From Planctomycetota bacterium (GTDB lineage: Bacteria > Planctomycetota > GCA-002687715 > CAIWVZ01), in NCBI GenBank assembly GCA_044222185.1, contig JBGANV010000001.1, positions 1,632,001 through 1,696,000 on the forward strand: a stretch of DNA of 64,000 nucleotides. The letters are read 5' to 3'. A program made the translations under genes and the position numbers. The notes beneath the pieces were generated by a model. It did no database searches, was not told the origin of the DNA, and saw only the letters and a program-made list of their open reading frames with translations. This document shows positions 18,197-27,965 of the stretch, piece after piece. Position 1 is the first letter of the stretch; each line of letters opens with the position of its first letter.

Positions 18197-20464
18197 TCAG
18201 AGATCCATCACGTCGTCGCGGTACCGCACGAAGTACGACAACGTCTCCCCCTGGCAGACGGAGCAGTATCCGAAGTCGTTCACCAGCCGGTCGAGCAGGT
18301 GACGCGCGGCCTGCCGACGTTCGGACGGGATCTGATCGGCGACGTTCGCCTTCTCCTCCAGCGCGTCCTCCGCAAGCCGCACGAGCTTCTGGTGCTGCTC
18401 CGCGAACACCTTCTGCTTCAGCGCCACGAAGATGTTCTCGAACAGCTCCTCGTAGACGATGGGCTTCGTCGGATTGTCGATGCGGAACGCCGCAATACGA
18501 GTCATGAGGTCGCGACGGAACCGATCGACGGGCTCCTTCAGATCGAGGTGACGCTCGACGTCGCCCATGAGGCGCTCGTCGGGGGGTTCGAGCTGGCCCG
18601 TCTGGGCGTTCACGACGCGTTGCTTCGTGTCGTACGACTTGACGTGACGGAAGTACTCCGTGAAGAGCCGCCCGTACTCGGCCTCGTCGACGATGTCGGA
18701 GGCCTGCTGGATCTCCCGTGCGAGCCGACGCACGTACTCCTTGCGAACCTCCTCGATGAACTCCTCCGGATCGTGGTACGGACCGTCCTTCTCGAGTCGT
18801 AGGAACGCGTGGAGAGTCTTGTCCTTGATGAGGTCCGGGAGCGCCTCGAAGATGTCGACGGGGCTGATGCACGCCCGGTTCCGCTCGATGGCGATATCCG
18901 AGAGCAGCGACATGATCTCCCGGGGGCTCGCGCCGTCGCGCCCCTCGTAGGCCGCGTCCATGTAGCCTTCGACCTCTTCCTCCATCCCGTCGAACTCGCC
19001 GCGCAGGTTCTTGACCTCGGCACGCAGGAGTTTCTGCTCCTCGTCCCCGAGATCCGAGGGAAGCTCGAGACGATCGTAGAGACGCGCCTTCCGCAGAGGG
19101 TTCAGGCGGCGTACGGCACCCTGGACGGCCTGCGGGTATCGGGTCGCGCTGGGCCGCTTCAGCCGCGTCAGGACGGCCCAGAGCGCGATGGCGGTCGCCG
19201 TGTGCGGCGCGACGTGGCGATCGCCCTTCAGGTGCGCGAGGTGGCGCGCGTAGATCTGAGCCTCCTTCTTGTACTCGAGGAGGTACGGAACGCGGACCAG
19301 TTCGAAACGCCCTTTGAACGCCGGGAACGCCGGGTCGCGCTTGAACGCCGCGAGGTACTTCTCGTTCGTCGTCCCGAACATGACGACGTCGAGCTGGACC
19401 GTGTACCCGGGCAGGTTCAACAACCCTCGCTCGGCCGTCGTGAGGAGATACTTGGAGGCCTCGATCGGGCGTTTGAACAGCTCGCTGAATTCCACGATCC
19501 CCGTATTCGCATCGATCAGGTCGCCGAAGGCCTCGGAGAACGTCTCGTGCTGGAGCACGGGAGGCAGGCCGCCCATGTTCGAGTGTCCGAGCATGCGCAC
19601 CTGCGCGTCGATCGACGCCTGGGGTTCGATCATCACCGACGCCGTGCGGTAGCGACGCGAGACGTAGTAGCGCTCGACCCGCACGTGGCGGACGACCTTC
19701 CGCCAGTCGCCGTTGTACGCCTTCAGGAGGCAGTCGTAGATGACCTTCGACTTCGGCGAGAGGTCGCCCTCGACGACGGTTTCGTTCCACTGGAAGCGCG
19801 CGCGTTCTTCGGGGGACGTCGCCCCGAGCACGGTTTCGAGGAATCGCCGCCGGTGATCCTTCGGGATGAGGAGGTATGGCGGGTCCTTCATCTCGCACGG
19901 GATGCGCGACGAGATCAGGCGTTCGTCGACCTCGGCGAGGGATTCGAGTTCGGAGACGATGCGCTCGGGCTGGAACCCGAGGCGCTCCTGGTCTCCTGCC
20001 TCGCAGAAGATCCAGGAGAACCGGAACATCGCCCCCTGCTCGAGCTGCGAGTACCGCTCCAGCGTCCGGACCAACGACTCGACGATCGACGATTTGGCCG
20101 AGCCGTTGGGGCCGTGGAGGAGGATGAATCGGTCAGGATGCCCGCGGCGCGAGAACTCGCAGAGGATGTCGTAGATCCGCTGCTGGACCTCTTCCTGGCC
20201 GAAGACCTCGAGGCTCGCCTCCCCGGCCGCACCCGGATCGTCGAAGGCTCGCCAGCGCCGTGCCGTCCCGCCGATTCCCCGGACCTCGTAGGTGCCGAAG
20301 TGATCGAGCGCGTCGACCAGGTAGCGGGGCGAGGACCGGGTGAGGCTTGCCGGCTTGGTCCCGAGGAGCTGCAGGTACCGGTTGAAGGACATCACCGAGT
20401 TGCGGCGCGCAAACTCGTCGCGCGTCGCGGTCGCGATGTCGTGGATGATGCGGTCCAGATCCAT
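18197..20464 (-). CDS. PrkA family serine protein kinase / AAA ATPase
   Basis: Walker A LLHGPNGSAKSS, GDLIDANTGIVEFSELFK, VPYLL, HVAPH, GASPRE. Confidence 0.9.
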   Translation of the reverse strand: MDLDRIIHDIATATRDEFARRNSVMSFNRYLQLLGTKPASLTRSSPRYLVDALDHFGTYEVRGIGGTARRWRAFDDPGAAGEASLEVFGQEEVQQRIYDILCEFSRRGHPDRFILLHGPNGSAKSSIVESLVRTLERYSQLEQGAMFRFSWIFCEAGDQERLGFQPERIVSELESLAEVDERLISSRIPCEMKDPPYLLIPKDHRRRFLETVLGATSPEERARFQWNETVVEGDLSPKSKVIYDCLLKAYNGDWRKVVRHVRVERYYVSRRYRTASVMIEPQASIDAQVRMLGHSNMGGLPPVLQHETFSEAFGDLIDANTGIVEFSELFKRPIEASKYLLTTAERGLLNLPGYTVQLDVVMFGTTNEKYLAAFKRDPAFPAFKGRFELVRVPYLLEYKKEAQIYARHLAHLKGDRHVAPHTATAIALWAVLTRLKRPSATRYPQAVQGAVRRLNPLRKARLYDRLELPSDLGDEEQKLLRAEVKNLRGEFDGMEEEVEGYMDAAYEGRDGASPREIMSLLSDIAIERNRACISPVDIFEALPDLIKDKTLHAFLRLEKDGPYHDPEEFIEEVRKEYVRRLAREIQQASDIVDEAEYGRLFTEYFRHVKSYDTKQRVVNAQTGQLEPPDERLMGDVERHLDLKEPVDRFRRDLMTRIAAFRIDNPTKPIVYEELFENIFVALKQKVFAEQHQKLVRLAEDALEEKANVADQIPSERRQAARHLLDRLVNDFGYCSVCQGETLSYFVRYRDDVMDL

Positions 20465-20549
20465 GGCAGCCGTCCTTGGCTTCACATACGGCGCCTGAAC
20501 GGCGACGCGGACCACGTGGAGGCGCAAAGCTGCCGCCTCGTCCCTGCGA

Positions 20550-20624
20550 TGACCCCGACGGGATTTGAACCCGTGTTACCAGGATGAAAACCTGATGTCC
20601 TAGACCGGCCTAGACGACGGGGCC
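20550..20624 (-). tRNA. tRNA-Glu (TTC)
   Basis: Reverse complement GGCCCCGTCGTCTAG...TCAGG-TTTTCAT-CCTGG...GGTTCAAATCCCGTCGGGGTCA; CCA not encoded. Confidence 0.95.
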
Positions 20625-20668
20625 TCATGTCCCCACTCGAAGACCTTTCGGGCGCGATGGGGCCGCGG

Positions 20669-20696
20669 ATTCTGCCACACGATCTGGGCTTCGCAA
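20669..20696 (-). promoter_or_regulatory. putative sigma70 promoter of tRNA-Glu
   Basis: TTGCGA, 16 nt spacer, TG-G-CAGAAT (extended -10) on the minus strand. Confidence 0.4.
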
Positions 20697-20845
20697 AGAG
20701 GCCCGAGCGGGCTCCGACCTCGCCCCCACGCGCGCTGAAGATGACGGTGTGCAGGCGCGGCAGCGGTAAGATCCGCCCCACATCGCCGCACCCCGGGTTG
20801 TGATACGTCGCGGCATCACGCTTCGAAGTTCCAGAGGACCCCAGC

Positions 20846-21964
20846 ATGAAAGTCCTGCATCCGCTCCGCGCGGTCTTGGCGTTCGTCGTCGTCATCGCTC
20901 TCGCACCGCAGGCCAGCCTGCGCGCGCAGGAGCCCACGACCGAGAAGAAGCCCGCGGACAACCCCTTCACGATCGAGGCCGAACATCCCCGTCTCGGAGT
21001 CATCGACCAGGGGTCCACCGGGACTTGCTGGTCTTTTGCCACGTCTTCCTTCCTCGAGACGGAGGTCGAGCGGCTCCACAAGAAGAAGGTCGACCTTTCG
21101 GAGATCTACTTCGCGCGCATGGCGATCCTGGAGAAGGCTCGCCGCCTCGTCGCCCTCCAGGGGCACGCCCAGTTCGGCGAGGGCGGATTGGCCCACGACC
21201 TCCCCTACCTGATCCGCCAACACGGGGCCGTGCCGCAGAGCGTCTATTCGGGCCTCCGGAACGGGGACACCCGTCACAACCACGCCGAGATGTTCAAGTT
21301 CCTCGACGTGATTCTGAAGGAGCTCTCCAAGGAGGACGCCAAGCCGTCGGCGCACTGGGAAGACGCCATCATGGGCATCGTCGACGCCTACATCGGCACG
21401 CCTCCGGCGAGCTTCGAATACGAGGGCAAGCAATACACGCCGCGCACGTTCGCCGACGAGTTCCTGAAGCTCCCGGTCGACGACTACATCGAGGTGATGT
21501 CCTACGGTGCCACGCCGTTCCACCAACCGGCCGAGCTCCTGGTGCCGGACAACTGGCTGCGGTTCCAGGGGTACGTCAACCTGCCGATCGACGAGATGAT
21601 GGAGGCCATCGACTCCGCGGTTCGCGGCGGATACACGGTCGCGCTCGACGCCGACGTCAGCGAGCCGGGGTTCCGCATGGATCGCGGGATCGCCAAGCTC
21701 CCCAAGGAGCTGGAGAAGGAAGGCGCCGTCACCCAGGAGATCCGCGACGCGATGTTCAAGAAGCGCGAAACGACCGACGACCACCTCATGCACGTCGTTG
21801 GCGTCGCGAAGCACAAGGACGGCGGCACCTACTACTTGACGAAGAACTCCTGGGGCCCGAAGACCGGGCCTTTCGAGGGTTACGTCTACATCTCGGCGAA
21901 CTACCTGCGCGCCAAGGCCCTGTCCGTGATGGTCCACAAGGACGCGCTGAAGCGGAAGTCGTGA
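20846..21964 (+). CDS. exported cysteine aminopeptidase (peptidase C1, PepC/bleomycin hydrolase-like)
   Basis: Signal peptide; QGSTGTCWSF catalytic Cys, TDDHLMHVVG His, KNSWG Asn. Confidence 0.92.
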   Translation: MKVLHPLRAVLAFVVVIALAPQASLRAQEPTTEKKPADNPFTIEAEHPRLGVIDQGSTGTCWSFATSSFLETEVERLHKKKVDLSEIYFARMAILEKARRLVALQGHAQFGEGGLAHDLPYLIRQHGAVPQSVYSGLRNGDTRHNHAEMFKFLDVILKELSKEDAKPSAHWEDAIMGIVDAYIGTPPASFEYEGKQYTPRTFADEFLKLPVDDYIEVMSYGATPFHQPAELLVPDNWLRFQGYVNLPIDEMMEAIDSAVRGGYTVALDADVSEPGFRMDRGIAKLPKELEKEGAVTQEIRDAMFKKRETTDDHLMHVVGVAKHKDGGTYYLTKNSWGPKTGPFEGYVYISANYLRAKALSVMVHKDALKRKS

Positions 21965-21994
21965 TCGCGCCGGCGCCGCCCGGGGCGCCACCCG

Positions 21995-22771
21995 CTACTT
22001 TTCGAGGAGGATCCGCTCGCCGACGAGCGCATCCAGCGCCGACCCGAGTTCGCTCTCGTTGGCGGCCGGGAAAACCGACCACCCGTTCGCCTTCACGTCG
22101 TTGAACACGGCGGCATTCACATCGAACGCGACGATGTAGACGGCGGACCGTTGATCCTCGCGCAGCACTGCCATGGCGCGCGCCACCTCTCCTGGGGCCG
22201 CGCCGGTGGTGTTTTCACCGTCAGTGACGACGAGGACGTGGCGCCGATTCAGCCCGGACCTCGCCAGGTCGCGGTGGGCCTTCGCGACGGCATCACCGAT
22301 GGGCGTTCCCCCATCGGGTTTCAACGTCCGCAGGAGACGCTCGGCCGCTGCCGCATTGGGCGGACCGAGTGGGCTGAGGAGCGCCGCATCGTTCCCGCTG
22401 AAGGCGTAGAGACTGAGTTCGAACACCCGCTTGGGATCCTCGGCGGCGTACCCTTCCATGCGCTCCACGATCTTCGCGAGGCACGACCGGGCGATCTCGA
22501 TCTTCGGCCGCCGCTCACTCCCCGCACCGGCGACGCGTTCCTTCATGCTGCCCGAGGTGTCGACGAGCACGGCCACCGCGATGCCATCGCGGCTCGCCTT
22601 CGGATCGGGAACGGTCAGAGTGACTTCCGATCCGGATTCCCCCGCCGCCGTCGACGATCCATTGCCGGAGAACCCGGTCCGGACCCACGATCCGAGCCTA
22701 AACACGGCGAACACGATCAGCAGCGCGATGATCGGCTTGATCGAGGCGCGGCCGCGAACGCGATCTGACAT
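21995..22771 (-). CDS. membrane-anchored von Willebrand factor A domain protein
   Basis: MIDAS DTSGSM, GGTPIG, VVTDGE; N-terminal TM helix. Confidence 0.9.
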   Translation of the reverse strand: MSDRVRGRASIKPIIALLIVFAVFRLGSWVRTGFSGNGSSTAAGESGSEVTLTVPDPKASRDGIAVAVLVDTSGSMKERVAGAGSERRPKIEIARSCLAKIVERMEGYAAEDPKRVFELSLYAFSGNDAALLSPLGPPNAAAAERLLRTLKPDGGTPIGDAVAKAHRDLARSGLNRRHVLVVTDGENTTGAAPGEVARAMAVLREDQRSAVYIVAFDVNAAVFNDVKANGWSVFPAANESELGSALDALVGERILLEK

Positions 22772-22871
22772 CCAACGTCTCCCATGTCGCGCTCACCTCG
22801 GCGCGATGAGACGAAATACGTCGTTTCGCAGAAAACTCCCGTCCTCGGGGGCGGTGAGCGCCTTCGTCGTC

Positions 22872-24314
22872 TCACTCGCCGTGCCACCAGACGGACGGGC
22901 CCAGCTCGCGATCTTCGTCCGCGCGCTTCACTTTCAGGGTGATGCCAGCGAACCGCACGCGCTCGAAGAACTCCACCCGCACGCGGTGCAACCCCTTCAA
23001 CAGCCGCAGGGATTGCTGGAATACGGCGCCCTCGTTCTCCTTCCAGTCGTCCACGAGCCGCACGTCGTCGACCCACAGGCGGATCCCATCGTTGACGACG
23101 CCGAGGAACGACCACGCGCCGTCGGACGGAAGGTCCACGTATCCCTCCCACCTCGCGCTGAAATCGTCCGCGGGAATTCCTGCAATGGGCGAGTCCCAAC
23201 GCCACTCGAAGTCGACGGCGCGATCGATGCGGCGGCGCGGCTCGCCCGACAGGTCGGGGCGCGGGAAATACGTGGCGGCGAGGCCGCGCGCCAGCCGTCT
23301 GGTCTGGCGCAACGCCTCACCATCGCGCTGAACCTGCAGTTGATAGCGGCGCCAGGTCTCCGGGCGGAGAACCGTGGCCATCACCATCTCCCGTTGCGCT
23401 GCGGCCAGTGCCCCGGACGCGCGATTCAGCCCGTCCAGCTCGACCAGGGCGTCTCGGAATCGTTCGTCCTTGATCGCGACGAGGGAGCGGTTGATCCGCG
23501 TCGGCAGGTCGTCCGGCATGAACTTCAGGACGGCTCGAAAGCGCGCGTCGGCGCCGGCGCGGTCGCCGCGCTCGGCTGCGACGATGCCCGCGTTGATCGC
23601 CGCCTCGAGCAGGTCCGGGTGCAGCGCCAGGGCTTCATCGAATCGTCGCGACGCCAGTTCGCCTCGACCCGCGGTCCAGTTCACGTACCCATCGTTGTTG
23701 AGGAGCCATGCGACGACTTCCGCGTCCGTGAGGTTGCGCAGGTAGGCGCCGCCCTTCTCCGCATCCGGGCTGATGCCACGTGCACGGTAGAACTCGTCCG
23801 GCCGTTGACGTCCGTCCTCCGTCGTCTCGATGTTCAGCCGCGTCGTCCCGTCGTCCCACCGCACGAAGAAGTGACGGGGCGCGGCCACGCCGTGAAGCGG
23901 CAGCCCGAGTCGGCGGCCGACCGTGAGGATCACCGCGGAGAGTGAGAGGCAGTACCCCTGGCGCCCGGGCAGGACCTTGTGGAGGTAGAAGTTCCCAGGG
24001 TCGGCCAGGTCCGCGCTCGCGGTGAACTTCTGCTCCCGGAAGAAGTAGTCCGAGAGCACGCGCACGCGGTCGTGCGCGCTCCAACGCGCCGCGAGCCGCT
24101 CCCTCAGGTCGAGTTCGAACACGTCCAGCTGCGCCCGCACGGGCCCACGCGCGAACGATGGATCCGCTCGGCGCGCCAGCTCGATCATCGCGCCGAGGAT
24201 GTCGCGAGGGACGGGGTCCTCGGCGGGCCTCGACTCCTGCCCAAATGAAGCGGCTCCCGCCAGTCCGATGACGAGGACCAGCAGGAGCCGCGAGTCAGAG
24301 ATCCGGGCGATCAA
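22872..24314 (-). CDS. exported SirB1/transglutaminase-like + TPR + PA14 domain protein
   Basis: TTG start overlapping the upstream stop (TTGA); signal peptide; GYCLSLS/PRHFFVR/NIET; TPR helices; PA14 RIDRAVDFEW...DDFSARWEG...NDGIRLWVDD. Confidence 0.82.
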   Translation of the reverse strand: MIARISDSRLLLVLVIGLAGAASFGQESRPAEDPVPRDILGAMIELARRADPSFARGPVRAQLDVFELDLRERLAARWSAHDRVRVLSDYFFREQKFTASADLADPGNFYLHKVLPGRQGYCLSLSAVILTVGRRLGLPLHGVAAPRHFFVRWDDGTTRLNIETTEDGRQRPDEFYRARGISPDAEKGGAYLRNLTDAEVVAWLLNNDGYVNWTAGRGELASRRFDEALALHPDLLEAAINAGIVAAERGDRAGADARFRAVLKFMPDDLPTRINRSLVAIKDERFRDALVELDGLNRASGALAAAQREMVMATVLRPETWRRYQLQVQRDGEALRQTRRLARGLAATYFPRPDLSGEPRRRIDRAVDFEWRWDSPIAGIPADDFSARWEGYVDLPSDGAWSFLGVVNDGIRLWVDDVRLVDDWKENEGAVFQQSLRLLKGLHRVRVEFFERVRFAGITLKVKRADEDRELGPSVWWHGE

Positions 24315-24700
24315 AGCGACCGGGCGAGTTTGAGGACGTTGTCGATGTACTGGGCGTTGGTCCAGATGTCGTATCCGACCTCTTCGCTTCGATTGCGTTG
24401 ACGTCCGCGGAACTTCTGGAACTGCTCCGAGTTGAGCACGCCGGCTGCGGCGGCGATGAACTCGTTCGCGTGATCCTCGTGATGCGAGCATCCGAGCGTG
24501 CGGTGCGTCTCGCTCCACTTCTTGTGGAACTCGTCGTCGAACGTCCGGATCGCATCTTGTTGAGCCTTCGTCAGGAGCATGCGGTCGAGTTGCTGCCGCG
24601 CCTGTTGGTACTGCCACGAGTGGCAGCGCCGCTCGGCCGGCATGAATGCCGTGCAGAGCAGGCAGGCGGGAATCACCAAGAGCAGAAGCGCGTTTTTCAT
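24311..24700 (-). CDS. small exported helical protein (Spy/CpxP-like, Cys/His motifs)
   Basis: GGGAGG RBS; signal peptide; LTKAQQ and LNSEQF repeats; GCSHHEDH. Confidence 0.7.
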   Translation of the reverse strand: MKNALLLLVIPACLLCTAFMPAERRCHSWQYQQARQQLDRMLLTKAQQDAIRTFDDEFHKKWSETHRTLGCSHHEDHANEFIAAAAGVLNSEQFQKFRGRQRNRSEEVGYDIWTNAQYIDNVLKLARSL

Positions 24701-24730
24701 GCGATCACCTCCCTTCGGTCATCCGTCACA

Positions 24731-25159
24731 TCAGTTGCGTAACTTGTCGAGCATGTCCTGGAGCTGCGCCGTCTTCGCGGCGAGTTCCTTGTTCTTCTGA
24801 GCGAGCCGTTCGATCGTCGCCGCATCGCCGGCCTTCACGCCGTTGGCCGTGGCCTTCTTCCATGCGGCCGTCACGTCCGCCATGTCCTTCTTCACGGACT
24901 CGAGCGCGGCGATCAACGTCGCCTTGTCCTTCGCCTTGTCGCCAGTGAGCCTGGGCACGTCGGCGGCCGGTGCCGCCGGTTGCGACTGCGCAGGCTGCTG
25001 CTGCCGCGTCTCCGGCTTGCGCGCCGGCGCTTCCTGCGGCTCCGAGCCGAGCTGATCGAACGACGCCGACGCCGCACGGTTCTGCGCGATGCCGGCTTCG
25101 GGCCGGCCGCAGGCCATGGCAAGGAACGTGACGAGAGCCGTGAAGGTGGCGAGCTTCAT
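24731..25159 (-). CDS. hypothetical lipoprotein (coiled coil)
   Basis: Lipobox LAMAC, low-complexity linker, Lys/Ala-rich helices. Confidence 0.7.
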   Translation of the reverse strand: MKLATFTALVTFLAMACGRPEAGIAQNRAASASFDQLGSEPQEAPARKPETRQQQPAQSQPAAPAADVPRLTGDKAKDKATLIAALESVKKDMADVTAAWKKATANGVKAGDAATIERLAQKNKELAAKTAQLQDMLDKLRN

Positions 25160-25256
25160 GCGCGGATGAGACGAATGGCATTCGCGAATGTTCCGGGGAG
25201 CTTTTTTCACGGCGCACTATCATGGCCCCACCATGGGGTTTTTGGGAAGGCCGATC

Positions 25257-27965
25257 ATGCACCGATGTTCCTCTGCCGCGCTCGCCCTCCTCGTCATCCT
25301 GCCGCTGGGCCTGCCCGCGCAGGACAGCCGCCCGACCGTCGTTCGCGGTCGGGTCGTGGCCGCAGGGTCCGATTCGCCCCCGCCCAACGTCACTCTCCAA
25401 CTCCGCGAAGGCCGCCGGTCCCGCGAGGGCCGCGCCATCGCCGTCGGTGCAGACGGGACCTTCGAAGCCCCGACCTCCCGGCCGGGCAACTACGTGCTCG
25501 TAGCCCGCGCCTCGGGATTCGTGTCGCTCACAAAGCCCGTGGTCGTTCCGACTTCCGGCCCCGTCGACATGCTGCTCGAACGCGGTGCCACGGTCCGGGG
25601 GATCGTCCTCGATCGACGCGATCGCAAGCCGGTTCCGGGCGCCCAGATCACCCAGGGGATCGGGAGCGAGCCGGTCGGAACGGGCCCCGATGGGTCCTTC
25701 ACCCTCGACGGTCTGCCGCCGGGCGACGAGACCGTGTCGTTCGGGGTCCGTGCCAAGGGGTATGCGTTCCTCGAAGCGACCGCCCGCCCCGACGGCTCGG
25801 AGCCGATGACGCTTCTCCTGGAACCGGGCTGGGTGGCGGCCGTCCGCGTCGTCGACGAGCACCTGTCGCCGATGTCGGATGCGGAGGTGCACGCCCGACT
25901 CCCCTTCGCCATCGCCTACTCGAGCCTCGATCGCCAGGACTTCCCCGCGAAGACCGATGCTGCCGGAATCGCCCGCGTGGAGGGGCTGCCGCCCGGGCAG
26001 CCGGTCGTGTTCGAAGTGACGACGGATGGCGTGTCGACCCAGTCGGCCGTCGTGCTTCCCGAGCGCCCCGAGCGCGACGGACCGCCAGTCGGACCGGCCG
26101 CGCAGATCGTCGCCGGCCTGGGGACCTGGACGACGTTCCGGATCGAGTCGCCAGACGACGAACCCGTGCCGGGCGCCGAGATCCACGTTCGCCCGGCGGT
26201 TGCGGGGCGACTGGACGTCCGCGGCCTGGTCACGGAGAGCCCGGAGCGTGGCTCCGTGCGCGACGCGAGTTCGGGCGCCGACGGCACTCTGACCTTGAAT
26301 CAGCTCCCGCGGCAGGTCCTGACGGCGGAGATCCGCGCCAAGGGGTTCCTCACGCAGGTCGTCACCTTCGAACCGGGCACGGGGGTCACGGGGTCGGGCG
26401 CGGATGCCGATTCGCACGTCGTCCACGTCGAGCTGGCCCACGACTCCGATCCCCCTCCCGCATCCGTTCCCTGGCAGCCGTCGGCGGATGCCGCGTTCCG
26501 CCTCGCGCGCGAGGCGCAACGGCCGATCCTGTTCGCGCTCGCGATGGACGGCGAGACGGCGAACGACGCCATGGCCGAGCACCACTTCCGCGATCCGGCA
26601 GTCGTGCAGACGCTCCGCGCCATGCCCTGCGTCATCTCGAACGTGTTCGGCCCCGGGGGTCGAATCGCACCGGGCGTCGCGCACATGGAGGTCGATGGCG
26701 TCTGCTCGCGTTACGGGAGGATCCCCTGCCGCGCTCATCAGGAAGTCGAGCCGTGGATCCGCTCGACGTTGATCGGGAAGGCGCCGTTCCAGGTCCCCAA
26801 GCACATCTTCGTCTCGCCCGAGGGAGAGGTCCTGATCGATCGCGGCTACTACCTCGGCGAGCGCGACCTCATGAACCTCGCCATGCGCGCCATGCGTCGA
26901 TGCAATCCCGAGATCGCCATGGCGATGGCGGCCGAGCGGCTGGCACCGCTGCGTGCACGACTGAATGACGACGATCCGGACGTCCGCCAATCCGCGGCAC
27001 GCCACCTCACGACGCTCGTGAACGCGGGAGACGAATGGGCGACGGCTCTGCTCCTGGAACTCGGACAGCTCGGCCTGCGAGCGGACGAGCGCGTTTCGGT
27101 GCTCGACGCGTTGATCCTCGATGCCATCGCGATGCCGGCGTCCGCCCTCGGAGGCTTTGCCCACGATGCGGATCCGGCCGTGCGTCGCCGAGTCTTCGAA
27201 CGGCTCGCCGACCGTGCCGGAGATCCCCCCGTTCTGGAACTCCTCACGGACTGTCTGATCGACGACGATCCGGAGGCCGGTGCCACGCTGCTGCGTGCCC
27301 TGCGCGTTCGCCAGGTGGAGGAACGGTGGGTCGTGGACGACCCGCTCGCGGCGGAGCGCTGGCGCATCGTCGTGAAGCTGATGACCGCGGTCGACCCGGA
27401 GGCGATCGGTGGCGCCACCGAGGTTCTCGGCGATCCCCGATGCCCGGGCCGAAATGCCGCACTGCGCGTCCTCGCCGCGCATCCTGACGTCGGTGCGGCC
27501 GTGCGCCGTCTGATCCCGCTCGCCGGCCAAGACGACTCCTCCGCCGTAGCCGCGCTTCGAGCCCTCGATCCGCTCCTCGCACTGGTCGACGAATCGGCGC
27601 CGGCCCTGAAGACCGTGTTCGCACAGAGTCGAAACGCATCCGCACTCGTACGCCAGGAGGCCGCGCGGCTGATCGGCCGCCACGCCCGCTCGCGTGACGG
27701 CCGCGCGCGTCTCGAGGAGATGCTCACCGACTCGGAGGTAGTCGTCCGCTGGACGGCCGCCATCGCGCTCTTCCGCGACGGTGGCGACGCCGGATCGAAC
27801 CTCGTGATCGCCGCGTTGAACGACCCCGAACTGGGAGATCAGGCCCGCGACGGACTCCTGGAGCGCTACGTCAACGCCCACCCGACGACCGCCGCCGAGT
27901 GGAGCGCGTGGCTCGCATCGCACCCGGGCGCCAGCCACCGCGGACCGGAGTCGAAAGAGAAGTGA
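25257..27965 (+). CDS. exported protein: carboxypeptidase-regulatory-like repeats + thioredoxin-like domain + HEAT repeats
   Basis: Signal peptide LPA-Q; prealbumin-like repeats; WQPSADAAFRLAREAQRPILF (thioredoxin_7-like); DDDPDVRQSAA HEAT units. Confidence 0.8.
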   Translation: MHRCSSAALALLVILPLGLPAQDSRPTVVRGRVVAAGSDSPPPNVTLQLREGRRSREGRAIAVGADGTFEAPTSRPGNYVLVARASGFVSLTKPVVVPTSGPVDMLLERGATVRGIVLDRRDRKPVPGAQITQGIGSEPVGTGPDGSFTLDGLPPGDETVSFGVRAKGYAFLEATARPDGSEPMTLLLEPGWVAAVRVVDEHLSPMSDAEVHARLPFAIAYSSLDRQDFPAKTDAAGIARVEGLPPGQPVVFEVTTDGVSTQSAVVLPERPERDGPPVGPAAQIVAGLGTWTTFRIESPDDEPVPGAEIHVRPAVAGRLDVRGLVTESPERGSVRDASSGADGTLTLNQLPRQVLTAEIRAKGFLTQVVTFEPGTGVTGSGADADSHVVHVELAHDSDPPPASVPWQPSADAAFRLAREAQRPILFALAMDGETANDAMAEHHFRDPAVVQTLRAMPCVISNVFGPGGRIAPGVAHMEVDGVCSRYGRIPCRAHQEVEPWIRSTLIGKAPFQVPKHIFVSPEGEVLIDRGYYLGERDLMNLAMRAMRRCNPEIAMAMAAERLAPLRARLNDDDPDVRQSAARHLTTLVNAGDEWATALLLELGQLGLRADERVSVLDALILDAIAMPASALGGFAHDADPAVRRRVFERLADRAGDPPVLELLTDCLIDDDPEAGATLLRALRVRQVEERWVVDDPLAAERWRIVVKLMTAVDPEAIGGATEVLGDPRCPGRNAALRVLAAHPDVGAAVRRLIPLAGQDDSSAVAALRALDPLLALVDESAPALKTVFAQSRNASALVRQEAARLIGRHARSRDGRARLEEMLTDSEVVVRWTAAIALFRDGGDAGSNLVIAALNDPELGDQARDGLLERYVNAHPTTAAEWSAWLASHPGASHRGPESKEK

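Noticed and set aside
20464-20846. tRNA-Glu or tRNA-Sec as an integration site for a genomic island
   Set aside because: No integrase or transposase, no duplicated tRNA 3' end seen, and no obvious compositional shift.
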